Notes under the pieces: generated by a model
Told to the model about the DNA's origin: nothing
What the model saw: the letters and a program-made list of their open reading frames with translations, nothing else
The model's database searches: none
In this document: positions 10,740 to 20,332 of the stretch, one piece after another
How positions within the stretch are numbered: the stretch's first letter is position 1
Layout of the letters: each line of letters begins with the position of its first letter
Source of the DNA: Acidimicrobiia bacterium
GTDB lineage: Bacteria; Actinomycetota; Acidimicrobiia; Spongiisociales; ZC4RG35
NCBI GenBank assembly: GCA_965203555.1
Contig: CBDBCY010000004.1
Span: 1,472,001-1,536,000, forward strand
Direction of reading: 5' to 3'
Length of the DNA: 64,000 nt
Translations under genes and position numbers: made by a program

Positions 10740-11291
10740 ATGACCCTCCCACTTCTGACTCAGGCCTGCGCCATGCTGGCCGAAGGAAAGGCAGTGGGAG
10801 TGCCGACCGACACCGTCTACGGGCTTGCCACCCATCACTGGGCGCAACAGGAGCTTTTCCGGCTGAAGGGCCGCCCGGCGGACAAGGCCATTCCCGTCCT
10901 GGTGGGGTCGATCGACGATGCACTGAGCATTGCCGTGTTTCCTCCCATAGCCCGGGAACTGGCCGAAGGCCACTGGCCGGGGCCTCTCACTCTGGTTCTG
11001 GCGGTTGAAAACTCTGACGGGAACCGGAGCGGCAACACAGTCGGCCTTCGGATGCCCGACTATCACCTCACCCTGGAACTGCTGGACCTGTGCGGTCCGC
11101 TGGCTGTCACATCCGCCAACCGGTCGGGGGGTTCACCGGCGCGATCGGATCGGGAAGCCCAGGAAGTCTTCGGCGCCCAGGTCGAGGTCTATCTACCGGG
11201 AGTGTGTCCGGGAGGACTGGCCTCCACGGTGATCGAAGCGCTGCCCGGCCGAGATCCCCGTATCCTTCGAACCGGCCCTGTCACCCTGTAG
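10740..11291 (+). CDS. tsaC: L-threonylcarbamoyladenylate synthase (TsaC/Sua5/YrdC)
   Basis: PTDTVYGL, KGRP..K, TSANRSG, STVI. Confidence 0.92.
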   Translation: MTLPLLTQACAMLAEGKAVGVPTDTVYGLATHHWAQQELFRLKGRPADKAIPVLVGSIDDALSIAVFPPIARELAEGHWPGPLTLVLAVENSDGNRSGNTVGLRMPDYHLTLELLDLCGPLAVTSANRSGGSPARSDREAQEVFGAQVEVYLPGVCPGGLASTVIEALPGRDPRILRTGPVTL

Positions 11292-11350
11292 GTATCTTCG
11301 TCAAAAAGCCGACATTCCATTTGGTTGGGCAGGCCTGTTCGGATGGCCAG

Positions 11351-11692
11351 CTACCACCAACCTCTTGGGCGACTCTTTCGACCACCGCTTCTCGTCCTGT
11401 TGTAGCGGGGATTCCTCCCCCCGGATCTCCTGCGGTACTTCGCCAGCCTCGCCCCTTCCCAGCGTCGGGCCCCTTTACGAGAAAGGCGTCGGGTTTCCAC
11501 CCGCATCCTGCCTCGTTTGCCGGCCCGCCGGTGCTGTGCTGCCCTCCGCCGGGGGTTGTTGGTGATCCCCACATACTTCACTCGCCCCCGTCGGCCTCGG
11601 AGCGTATAGCCACGAACCCCTTTAGCCCTGGTGGTTCTTCTCCGAGATCCGCCTCTCGTCCTCCGATATCGCTTCTTTCTGTATCTGCTCAT
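11351..11692 (-). CDS. Small, extremely Arg-rich GIY-YIG nuclease-like protein
   Basis: GYTL...KYVGITNNPRRRAAQH (GIY-YIG core with Arg/His), later Glu (RRWE) and PRYN; promoter motif 9 nt upstream. Confidence 0.75.
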   Translation of the reverse strand: MSRYRKKRYRRTRGGSRRRTTRAKGVRGYTLRGRRGRVKYVGITNNPRRRAAQHRRAGKRGRMRVETRRLSRKGARRWEGARLAKYRRRSGGRNPRYNRTRSGGRKSRPRGWW

Positions 11693-11701
11693 AGGAGTTG
11701 A

Positions 11702-11723
11702 AATCTATCGACATCCGGTGACA
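11702..11723 (-). promoter_or_regulatory. PafBC/RecA-NDp-like promoter of the GIY-YIG gene
   Basis: Minus strand TGTCAC-N10-TAGATT, resembling TGTC(A/G)G-N10-TANNNT. Confidence 0.6.
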
Positions 11724-11852
11724 CCCCGTGGTTGCCACCATGCGATTGGATGAACCGGGGAACCTGTCTCAATACCCTTACCGATTTGAGATCCTCTCGG
11801 TTGGCCTTCTCTTAGTGTTTGTTTTAACAACTTAGTATTATACGGTGTTGTT

Positions 11853-11874
11853 TGTCACACCCATGGTGCATACT
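11853..11874 (+). promoter_or_regulatory. PafBC/RecA-NDp-like promoter of the DUF222-HNH gene
   Basis: TGTCAC-N10-CATACT, 7 nt before ATG 11882 (leaderless geometry). Confidence 0.6.
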
Positions 11875-11881
11875 GGTATGT

Positions 11882-13093
11882 ATGAACAGAAAAGATGTGA
11901 ACGGAACATCGGTGGTCAACCGGGTGCGTCTGTTGGCACCCACTCTGCCGGTTTCTCAGGCTTCGTCTGAGCAGTTGCGACAGCGGTTGAAGTCGACGGT
12001 CCGCGTTCAGAACCAGGCGGCGGCGATCCGCGCCGAGGTCCTGTCCGAGTTGCGCCGACGCAAAGGCGCCGAGGTGGTGGAAACCGTTTTGCAAAAGGAC
12101 GGTCTGCTGCCCCGACGGAAGGCCCGGTCAGAGGTGGAAACCGCCAAAGAATTGGAGGAACTGCCCAAGACGCGGGAGGGTTTCCAAAAGGGAGAGATCT
12201 CTGCTGACAACGCCCGGATCATCGCCGGCGCCAACCAGCGGGGAGAGATCGACGAAAATGAACTGTTGGACGGTGCCCGTTCCCAGTCTCCTGACAAGTT
12301 CGCGGCCACGGTCCGCAAACACGAACAAAAGCGTGCTCAGGATGATGGTGTTTCGAAGTTGGAGCATCAGCGGTCGCGGCGGTTCGCCAGGATCAAGACC
12401 GACCTTGAGGACGGGATGACCGTGCTGTACGGGCGGTTCGATCCGGTGACGGGTGCTCGGGTCGAGACTGCAGTGTCACGGATGATGAAACAACTGTGGC
12501 ATGAGGAAGACCCCCGGAACCGGGCCACTTCGGGTCAACGGATGGCCGACGCCCTGGCCGAACTTGTCACCCGTCAGGGAAAAGACGGCCGGTCCCAGGA
12601 TGTGCGGATGTTGCTGATCGCCGACTACCACGCGGTCAGCAAGGAACTTGGAAACCCCCGCCTGTCCGATGGAACCCCCATTCCCGCCCGGACGTTGCGG
12701 CATCTGGCCTGTGATGCTCAGATCCTGCCCGCCGTGTTCGCGGGGTCTTCGATACCCCTGGATTTGGGAAGGGCCCGCCGCAAGGCCAGCGGAACCCAAC
12801 GCGCTGCTCTCATTGCCCGCGACAAGCACTGTGTGGGCTGCGGCGCCAAAGCCTCCTGGTGTCAGGCGCATCACATCGTCCACTGGGCCGACGGAGGACC
12901 CACCGATCTGGACAACATGTGTCTTTTGTGCAGCAGATGCCACCACAAAGTACACGACAACGGCTGGACAGTACACCAGTCCCCACAGGGAAGATACTCC
13001 CTCCGCCGCCCACCGAACAGCCTCGGCCGCCCACCCCGCCGCCAGGCATCTCACCGGTACCGGCGCAGGCGAACTGTCCGACAACGCAAATGA
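11882..13093 (+). CDS. DUF222 / HNH endonuclease (REP13E12-like)
   Basis: QRMADAL, LACDA, PLDLGR, ARDKHCVGCG, CQAHHIVHWADGGPTDLDNMCLLCSRCHHKVH. Confidence 0.92.
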   Translation: MNRKDVNGTSVVNRVRLLAPTLPVSQASSEQLRQRLKSTVRVQNQAAAIRAEVLSELRRRKGAEVVETVLQKDGLLPRRKARSEVETAKELEELPKTREGFQKGEISADNARIIAGANQRGEIDENELLDGARSQSPDKFAATVRKHEQKRAQDDGVSKLEHQRSRRFARIKTDLEDGMTVLYGRFDPVTGARVETAVSRMMKQLWHEEDPRNRATSGQRMADALAELVTRQGKDGRSQDVRMLLIADYHAVSKELGNPRLSDGTPIPARTLRHLACDAQILPAVFAGSSIPLDLGRARRKASGTQRAALIARDKHCVGCGAKASWCQAHHIVHWADGGPTDLDNMCLLCSRCHHKVHDNGWTVHQSPQGRYSLRRPPNSLGRPPRRQASHRYRRRRTVRQRK

Positions 13094-13264
13094 ACCCATC
13101 CGAACCCCTGCTTCTCGACAACTAACCCGCGAAAACGACCGACACACTCTTAACCCGTTGCGCCCCTTGCCCACCCCAAAGTTCTCTTCGCGAACCCGCT
13201 GGAACGCAGGAAATAGTCAGCGCTATTACCACCATCCCAGCCAAACGGGGGGTAGTGTGAAAGC

Positions 13265-14300
13265 AATCTTGTGATTGATGTGAGCAGTCCGAGTCGGGTT
13301 GCTCGCTGAATACCATAGCCCGCCAACAGGTCGGGGAGTAGCTACCGCCGACCTTGGGTGAATAGGCGAGGCCATCTGTGTCCTCACGTCAATCACAGGA
13401 ACAACCCGATGACGTGAGGACAACCATGAAAGCGTGTGGAGGAACCCTACGAGGTTCTCGTCCAGGTAGGCACCCGCCCGACCTACTACCACAAGCGGGT
13501 GGCTTACACCGTGACCATCCCATACACGCCAAGTTGCCCACACCGTGGAGACACAGTCCCAGGTGTGTCGATGACCCGAGGCCGATAGCCCGAACCGAAG
13601 GATGGGGAGGCCCGAGCAAATCAGGCCTCCCCATCAATCTTCAGTCGAGTGATAGCTGGAGGCGAGGGCAGTCACGGGGGCCGCTGGGCGGAGCCCGGAC
13701 TCCAAATCCGAGCCTGGCGGGTTCGATTCCCGCTCCCCGTGCCATAGATGAGAGAGAAGCACTTCGCCGCCGAGCCCATCGAAGCGTATGGCGACGAAGT
13801 GGCTTTGGGCGAGCGGACGGTGTTCGGTTGGGAGATTCCCGCCCAGGAGACAAGGCGCGACTCTATGTGGAGTTGATGGCGATCAGAGTCGGATGGTCTA
13901 TGCCGGCTGTGCGGCAAGAAGGCCGGGTTAGACCTACCTCCTCCCAGGCCGAAGCGCGAGTCTGGCCGCCCAAACAGTGTGAACGGGGCGGGTGCGGGAC
14001 GTTGGCTTACCACTCGGCAGGTGCGCTGGTGTTCACGTCTGTGCTGGGCGCTGGGCAACGGGAAGATGCCGTGGATGTGGCAGATGCTTCACGATTCGGC
14101 AGGAGGGGCGTGTGGAGCCTGCGGGATCGAGAGGTTCGTGCCCCAGCGGACCAAGCCCTTCGTGGTCCGTAACCGACCGGTCCTCGGACCGAATGACTGG
14201 CCCAAAAGCGAAACGCCAAGGAGGACGCCAAGAGCCTTCAGCAACAGTGGAGGGCAGAACCCCGAGTCCGGAAGCCCCGGCATGACGAGAGGAGGTCGCT
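13265..14300 (+). ncRNA. Candidate large structured non-coding RNA or leader region
   Basis: No convincing protein; 17-bp, 13-bp and 12-bp stems plus many shorter hairpins, an embedded tRNA-like element and a possible -10 TAGTGT at 13253. Confidence 0.5.
13674..13744 (+). tRNA. Aberrant tRNA-Trp(CCA)-like element (pseudo-tRNA)
   Basis: Acceptor ACGGGGG/TCCCCGT + G + CCA; anticodon arm CGGA-CTCCAAA-TCCG; T-arm GCGGG-TTCGATT-CCCGC; D-arm reduced to CCGC-TGG-GCGG. Confidence 0.75.
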
Positions 14301-14364
14301 ATGAGCGGCAACGATGATCAAGCAGTAAAGCTGCGGAAAACACGAGTTTTGAAAGGATCGAGAC

Positions 14365-15592
14365 ATGGGAGCCTGTAAGCGAATTATCATCGCCGCTGTT
14401 GCCTTTCTGTGGCTTTTCGGCGTCATGGCCGGGTTCGTAACCCGCCCGACGCCAGCCGTAGCGGCAGGGTGTACCAAGACGACCAACACGCAAGGTCTCG
14501 ATGTGTGGAACTTCGCCGGGAACACTCGCGGAGGCTGGGCGGGGAAACCCGGTGGGGCGAGCAACTACGCCAAGACGCTTTGTGAGCAGGCAGCGGAAAA
14601 GCATGCCGCCACTACAACTACCGTGCCCGGCACGACCACGACCACGACCACTCTACCTCAGGACGATAATGATGCCGTCACGAGTGGGAGAACTGGGGGC
14701 GTGAACACCAATTCGGTTAAAACCACCACGGGTGGGACGACAGGTGTGAATGAGAACAGCCACAACCAGGCCTCGGCTTTGCCGAAGGCTTGGATTGAGG
14801 CCGCAGGGTTCATCCAGAAGCGCGGCCAAACCTTCGCGAAGTTTCTCGTAAAGGTGTCGCCCGCCAACACCAATCGCATCTACGTGAGGTATAAGGTGAC
14901 TCAGTCCGGGGGGCCCGTTGCCAAACGGGCATATCTTACCTACCGTGGCTCCTCTAACTACGCTGAGGTCGATAACGGTCAAGGGCCTATTGAAGTAGGT
15001 GTCCTGGAAGAGGTCGCCACTGAAGGCAGGATCTGGGCCCAGATCCTGCCGGCCGATGAGACGGGTGGCATCTCGTACACCCTGGCGAAGACATCCAGTA
15101 GGCCCGACAAGGTCTCCATCCGTGTGGCCGCCACCGTAACTGACGATGAGTGCGCCGAGGGCAAGGAGGATATCGACGAATATGACCTACCAGATGTGAC
15201 GGTCGGGAAGCGCACAATCAGCCCTGGGACAATCGAGGTGGACCGGTGCAAGGACGTCACCGGGAATATCGCGGCGAACGCGGCGAGCAAAATAGTGGCG
15301 AAACTTCTTCAACACTTGCCTACCGATGACTCTGAGTGCCTACACGCGTCGTGCTTTCGCCAGATCCGACACTATGAGGCGGTATACGCTTGCTTCGAGG
15401 CAAGGGTTGCGGATGCGATCGAGCATACGATCAACGTGGTTCTTGTGAATGCCCCAGGTGAGATCGAGTGGTCCGATTGTGTTATCCCGGAGGACCCCGC
15501 CTGGCCGATAATTAGCGTCGCAAAGGAAGGTAATGTCGATATCGGCGCCGATGAGATCGTCTTCAAGTTCCCAATCCAACCGGATACTTGGA
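14365..15592 (+). pseudogene. 5' part of large secreted Calx-beta-like protein, interrupted by IS21
   Basis: AAGGA RBS, signal-peptide-like N-terminus, Thr-rich linker; joins in frame with 17884-21713 once the IS and one TSD copy are removed. Confidence 0.85.
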
Positions 15593-15657
15593 TGATGACG
15601 ATCATCGAAAGTACCCAGAGTCGATCAGCGAAAGTTCCCACCCTGGGTTGGGTGGTT

Positions 15658-16443
15658 TTAGGCTAGCAGGTCTCCTTTCGGTCGGTGTTTTCGGGCTTGG
15701 GCTTGGTAGCTTCTCAGGCGGTAGCTGTCGCCGGTGATGGTGAACACCACGCTTTTGTGGAGCAGCCGGTCGAGCATGGCGGCGGCGATGGTGTGGTCGG
15801 AGAAGATCTCTCCCCACGACGCGACACCGAGGTTGGTGGTGAGAATGATCGATCCTTTTCCGTACCGTCTGGAGATGACTTGGAACAGGGTGGCGGCGTC
15901 TTCTGCCGGCATGGGCAGATAGCCCAGTTCGTCGATGATCAACACTTTGGGGGTGTTGAAGAACCGCAACGTTTGGGCCCATCGTCCTTGTAGGGCGGCT
16001 TTGCGGCACCGCGCCGCCAGGTCCGCAGCGGTGGTGTAGTACACCTTGTGACCGGTGTCTACCGCGGCGCGGCCGAGGATGACCGCCAGCATGGTTTTGC
16101 CCACGCCGGGCGGTCCGATGAACAAAACGTTGGAGGCATCGGCCAGGTAGGCCCCGGTAACCAGCTCTCTTACCAGTTTCTCGTCGACGCTGGGTTGGGC
16201 GGTGAAGTCGAAGTCTTCCAGTTGCCATCTGGTGGGGAAGTTCGCCAGTTTGAGACGGGTTTCCCATCGCCGTTGTTCGGTGGTCTCGACTTCTACTCGA
16301 AGTAGACCTTCAAGGAACTCGGTGTGGCTTTCACGGTTGGTTCGTGCCTGTTCGAGGTGGGTGGGGAGCGCCTCGGCGGCGGCGGGTAGGTTGAGGTAGG
16401 CCAGATGGCCTCGCAGCTGTTGGTACACCGATTGGTTCATCAC
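15658..16443 (-). CDS. istB: IS21 helper ATPase IstB
   Basis: LEDFDF, GPPGVGKT, IIDELGY, IILTTN, AAAMLDRLLH, GDSYR. Confidence 0.96.
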   Translation of the reverse strand: MMNQSVYQQLRGHLAYLNLPAAAEALPTHLEQARTNRESHTEFLEGLLRVEVETTEQRRWETRLKLANFPTRWQLEDFDFTAQPSVDEKLVRELVTGAYLADASNVLFIGPPGVGKTMLAVILGRAAVDTGHKVYYTTAADLAARCRKAALQGRWAQTLRFFNTPKVLIIDELGYLPMPAEDAATLFQVISRRYGKGSIILTTNLGVASWGEIFSDHTIAAAMLDRLLHKSVVFTITGDSYRLRSYQAQARKHRPKGDLLA

Positions 16444-17738
16444 AGCCCCGCTTTTCGGTTTTGTTGGTCGATGTGCCGCTGGTACACCTCCAGATCGATC
16501 ACCGTTTCGGTGTACAGGTCTCCGATACCGGCGGCGATAGCCAAAGCCGCGTCTGATGGCGGACGGTTGGGTTTGGGTTTGCAGGGTGGTTTGGTGGTGA
16601 ACTCGGCTAGGACCACGTTCTCCAAAGCGGCGGTGTGTTCGGGTAGCCGAACCACCCGTCCCATACCGCGGGGTGCCTGCTGGTGGGTGGCGACCAGCCG
16701 GCCACTGGCCGAGAACATGCTGATAGTGGGGTCACCGAGCCTCCATCGGACGGTGACCTGGGTTCCTATCACCCCTGGTGGCACCGAGTATCGGTTACCG
16801 CGTACCGATACCAGCCCGTTGGATGTCACCCTGCGCTCCAAAGTCCCTTCTGCCGGGTAAGCCACCAGGGGCAGCTCGAGGAGAGGCTCGGTCTTGGCCA
16901 GCTCACCCACCGTGCTCTCACCCCGTGGGCGAAGATCGCCCACGGTCTGGCAGAATCTGTCCAGACTGTGCTGTGCTTCGGCGATGCTGGTCACCGCTGC
17001 GGTGCGCCACCACCGCTGAGAGACATAGTGGATGGCCTTTTCCACCACGCCTTTCCGTTGAGGACGGCGCGGTGGGCACGGGTCAACAACCACCCCATAA
17101 TGTTTGGCTACCCCAACGAACGACGGCTGGATACGACCGGTGGCGGCGACCACGGTCGCCATCCGATCCACCCTCCACCGCCGCGGGGTACCCTCCAGTC
17201 GTCTCAACACCTGGTCAAGACCCTCCACCAAATGGGGTTGGTCCTGGCGGGACGTGATCCACGCCCGAAAAGCGCCCGAGTGCGACAGCACACCCACCAG
17301 CACATGAGCGGTGGCTCCCCACGGCGTGTCACGTAACTCCACCCAGTCCCACTGGCACTCCTCACCCGGTGGATGATCGATGATCGCCGTGGCCCGGCCC
17401 CTGGTACCCGCACAGGCGCCACACAACGGCCGCAGGCCCCGAAGACGGACCTTCCGCACGAACGTCGGGTAGCTCTGCTCATAGCCCAAAGCCACCACCT
17501 CGTCGAACAACGCCGACCCCCACACATGCGGATCATCAGACAACCGCTGCCGCACATACGCCTCGAACTCATCAAACAGATCCGCCCCCGCCCGGGCACG
17601 CTGACCGGGCACCCGATCGCCCGACAGATACGCTCGCACGGTACGGCGGCTCTTACCAACATGACGGGCGATAGCCGAGATCGACCACCCCCGCCTCCTC
17701 AAAGCATGAACTTCCACGCACTCCTCCAGTACCAACAT
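16440..17738 (-). CDS. istA: IS21 DDE transposase IstA
   Basis: N-terminal HTH (SISAIARHVGKSRRTVRAYL), PGEECQWDW, VDRM, KGVVE, NRYSVP. Confidence 0.95.
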   Translation of the reverse strand: MLVLEECVEVHALRRRGWSISAIARHVGKSRRTVRAYLSGDRVPGQRARAGADLFDEFEAYVRQRLSDDPHVWGSALFDEVVALGYEQSYPTFVRKVRLRGLRPLCGACAGTRGRATAIIDHPPGEECQWDWVELRDTPWGATAHVLVGVLSHSGAFRAWITSRQDQPHLVEGLDQVLRRLEGTPRRWRVDRMATVVAATGRIQPSFVGVAKHYGVVVDPCPPRRPQRKGVVEKAIHYVSQRWWRTAAVTSIAEAQHSLDRFCQTVGDLRPRGESTVGELAKTEPLLELPLVAYPAEGTLERRVTSNGLVSVRGNRYSVPPGVIGTQVTVRWRLGDPTISMFSASGRLVATHQQAPRGMGRVVRLPEHTAALENVVLAEFTTKPPCKPKPNRPPSDAALAIAAGIGDLYTETVIDLEVYQRHIDQQNRKAGL

Positions 17739-19277
17739 AAAGGGCAGGGCTCCTCTCCACAGCTAGGAAATGTGACAATCCCTTAGCTTGGAGAGAGCCC
17801 TACCCAACAACGGGCATTTACCCCCAGGAGGTGGGAACTTTCAGTGATCGAGACTGGGAACTTTCAGTGATCGCCAACATGGAGGTACGAAGGCTCCCTT
17901 TTCGACCTGGATAATGCCCCAAAGTTGCGTGTCTCTATCGTTCAATTCGGCAATGTACTGACGAAGGATGCCCCCACTACCGCACCAATAGCCGCTAGTG
18001 AGGGCAAGCTGAAATTGGGTATACACCCTAACCGCTCTGGGTGGGTAGACCTCCAACTTCATCCCGGGTCCTGGTATAGCCGGACGGATCCCTACTCAGC
18101 CAGAATACAAATCAATGACAACAGGCCGGCGGCCTCCGTCAGCGCCAACTCTCCCGATCCTGGTAAGGATGTCGTCTTCACGGTGACCATGGATACCTCG
18201 GGCAATTTCGACGTGGTTCTGAAGATTGAGCAGGAGGGGGGTGTCCTCTCCCGGACCGTCACTGAAAGGACGGTGTATGTAACAAACGGCACTGGGTCCA
18301 TCAACCTTGGCACCAAGGCCAAGACTGCTGGAACCGTGACCGCCAAGATCCGGGATGATGATTGGAACCCCTTTCGGGTCGCCACCAGGTCGGCTACAGC
18401 GGCGGTCGGTAGCCTCCCAGAGCTTTTTGTCTACAAATACCAAACAGGCACTGTGACTGAAGGCCAAACCGCCTACTTTGTCATTGCTTCCAAAGACTGG
18501 ACTCCGGTCCCGTGGGATGTGACGGCGAAATTCTTCCGGGTGCAATACGGGTCGTTCGCCAACTGGAGTGGTAAGGGACAGATCACCATCCCTGAGGGCT
18601 CGTCATACTCCAACTGGATCCGGGTCACCATTCAGAAGGACAACTGCAAGGAGTCCGATGGTTGGGTCGGCATCATCCTTGATAAGGACGACAAGTACGA
18701 ACTGGCCGAACCCTCCGCCGACAAAGTGGATGTGGTCGATAACGACGGGTCCTCGGCGGATTGCTCTAGCGTATCGACAACATCGCTTTCAACCAATTGG
18801 GCTGACACGGTGAGGATGGTTAGGACTACGGGTAGTGTGGGCGGAGGGACCACCACGACGACCACCACGACCACGACGACCACCACAACTACCACGACAC
18901 CCGTGACTACCTGCTCGTCTGGCCAGTCGAAGAAGAATGGCGTTTGTGGCTACCCGGTGCTGACTATTGAAAGGGTCTCATCGAGCGTTACCGAGGGTCA
19001 GAAGGCTGAGTTCCGCATTCGCTCGGACCGCGATCTTCCAAGGGGTACGAACGTAGGAGTACGCCCCTCGCCGAGCGGCAACTACGGTATTGGTACTGCG
19101 GTTACGTCCGTCAGGATTGACAACGGCCGGTCATGGACCTTCGGTTGGTACACCACTGATGACTCCACGGACGAGGCGAACGGTTCGGTCACCGCTACCC
19201 TGGGCTCTGGCCATGGTGATTACACGGTGGGGTCGCCTAGTTCAGCCACGGTAACGATAAGGGACAACGACGAGGCT

Positions 19278-19935
19278 CCGGTGTTGTCGGTTTCTCGGCA
19301 CTCGTCGAGTGTGACCGAGGGCGGCACTGCTTATTTCCGGGTGACCTCGGATAGGTCTGTGCCTTCCACTATTTCGGTGGGTTTTTCCCGGTCGCAGAGT
19401 GGGTCGTTCGCGAGTTGGAGCGGCAGCGGAACGGTCACCATTAGCAGCGGTAACACCCGGTCGGGGTGGATCAGCGTGAGCACTGTCAATGACAGCACAG
19501 ACGAACCGAACGGTTCGCTCACCCTCACTCTGAACAGCGGAACCGGTTACACGGTGGGGTCGCCGTCGTCTGCTTCGGTGACCGTCAACGACGACGATGT
19601 TGCGCCTTTGCCGGTGTTGACGGTTTCCCGGTATCAGTCGAGTGTGACCGAGGGCAGCACTGCCTATTTCCGGGTGACCTCGGATAGGTCTGTGCCTTCC
19701 ACTATTTCGGTGGGTTTTTCCCGGTCGCAGAGTGGGTCGTTCGCTAGTTGGAGCGGCAGCGGAACGGTCACCATTAGCAGCGGTAACACCCGGTCGGGGT
19801 GGATCAGCGTGAGCACTGTTGATGACAGCACGGACGAACCGAACGGTTCGCTCACCTTGACTCTGAACAGTGGTACCGGTTACACGATCGGGTCGCCGTC
19901 GTCTGCCTCCATCACCGTCAGGGACAATGATGAGG
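19278..19935 (+). repeat. Near-identical intragenic tandem duplication, 333-bp period
   Basis: Two copies encoding SSVTEG.TAYFRVTSDRSVPSTISVGFSRSQSGSFASWSG... Confidence 0.9.
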
Positions 19936-20332
19936 CGCCCGTCACCTGCTCGTCTGGTCAGGCTGAGAAGGATGGCGTCTGTGGCTACCCCGTGCTAACT
20001 GTCCATCAGGATGACCGATCCTCGGTTACCGAGGGTTCCTATGCCGATTTCAGGATTCGCTCTGATCGGCCGTTGCCGGGCACCCTAAAGGTGGAGGTTC
20101 TCCGGTCACAGCGTGGAGACTTCACCACCCAGACTGGTGTTACCTACTGGGAATTGGGAACGGGTAGTACCTCCGGAAGTGGGAGGATTTCGACCGTAAA
20201 TGACTCGACGGATGAGACGGATGGCAGTGTTACGGTCACGATCCGAACCCACTCTGGGTGGCGCTCTGAGTACAGGGTTGGAACACCCAACTCCGCTACG
20301 GTCACCGTCAGGGACAATGACGAGTCGGTGGT

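Larger units (their letters stand above)
15593..17879 (-). mobile_element. IS21-family insertion sequence, 2287 bp
   Basis: TG...CA ends; ~49-bp imperfect terminal IRs (TGATGACGATCATCGAAAGTACCCAG... vs revcomp TGTTGGCGATCACTGAAAGTTCCCAG...), each with two 23-bp-period subrepeats; TGGA duplicated at 15589-15592 and 17880-17883. Confidence 0.95.

Noticed and set aside
13300-13375. yybP-ykoY (GGGGAGTAGC) or c-di-AMP (CGCTGAAT, GGGTGAAT) riboswitch
   Set aside because: Only isolated words match; order, spacing and remaining conserved elements do not fit. Needs cmscan to settle
13378-14172. 264-aa ORF as a conventional protein
   Set aside because: Low-complexity R/G/P composition, no motif, and it overlaps a tRNA-like fold; kept only as a possible regulatory ORF from ATG 13426
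15593-15666. C-terminus of the 433-aa ORF
   Set aside because: Read-through into the IS21 end, not native sequence
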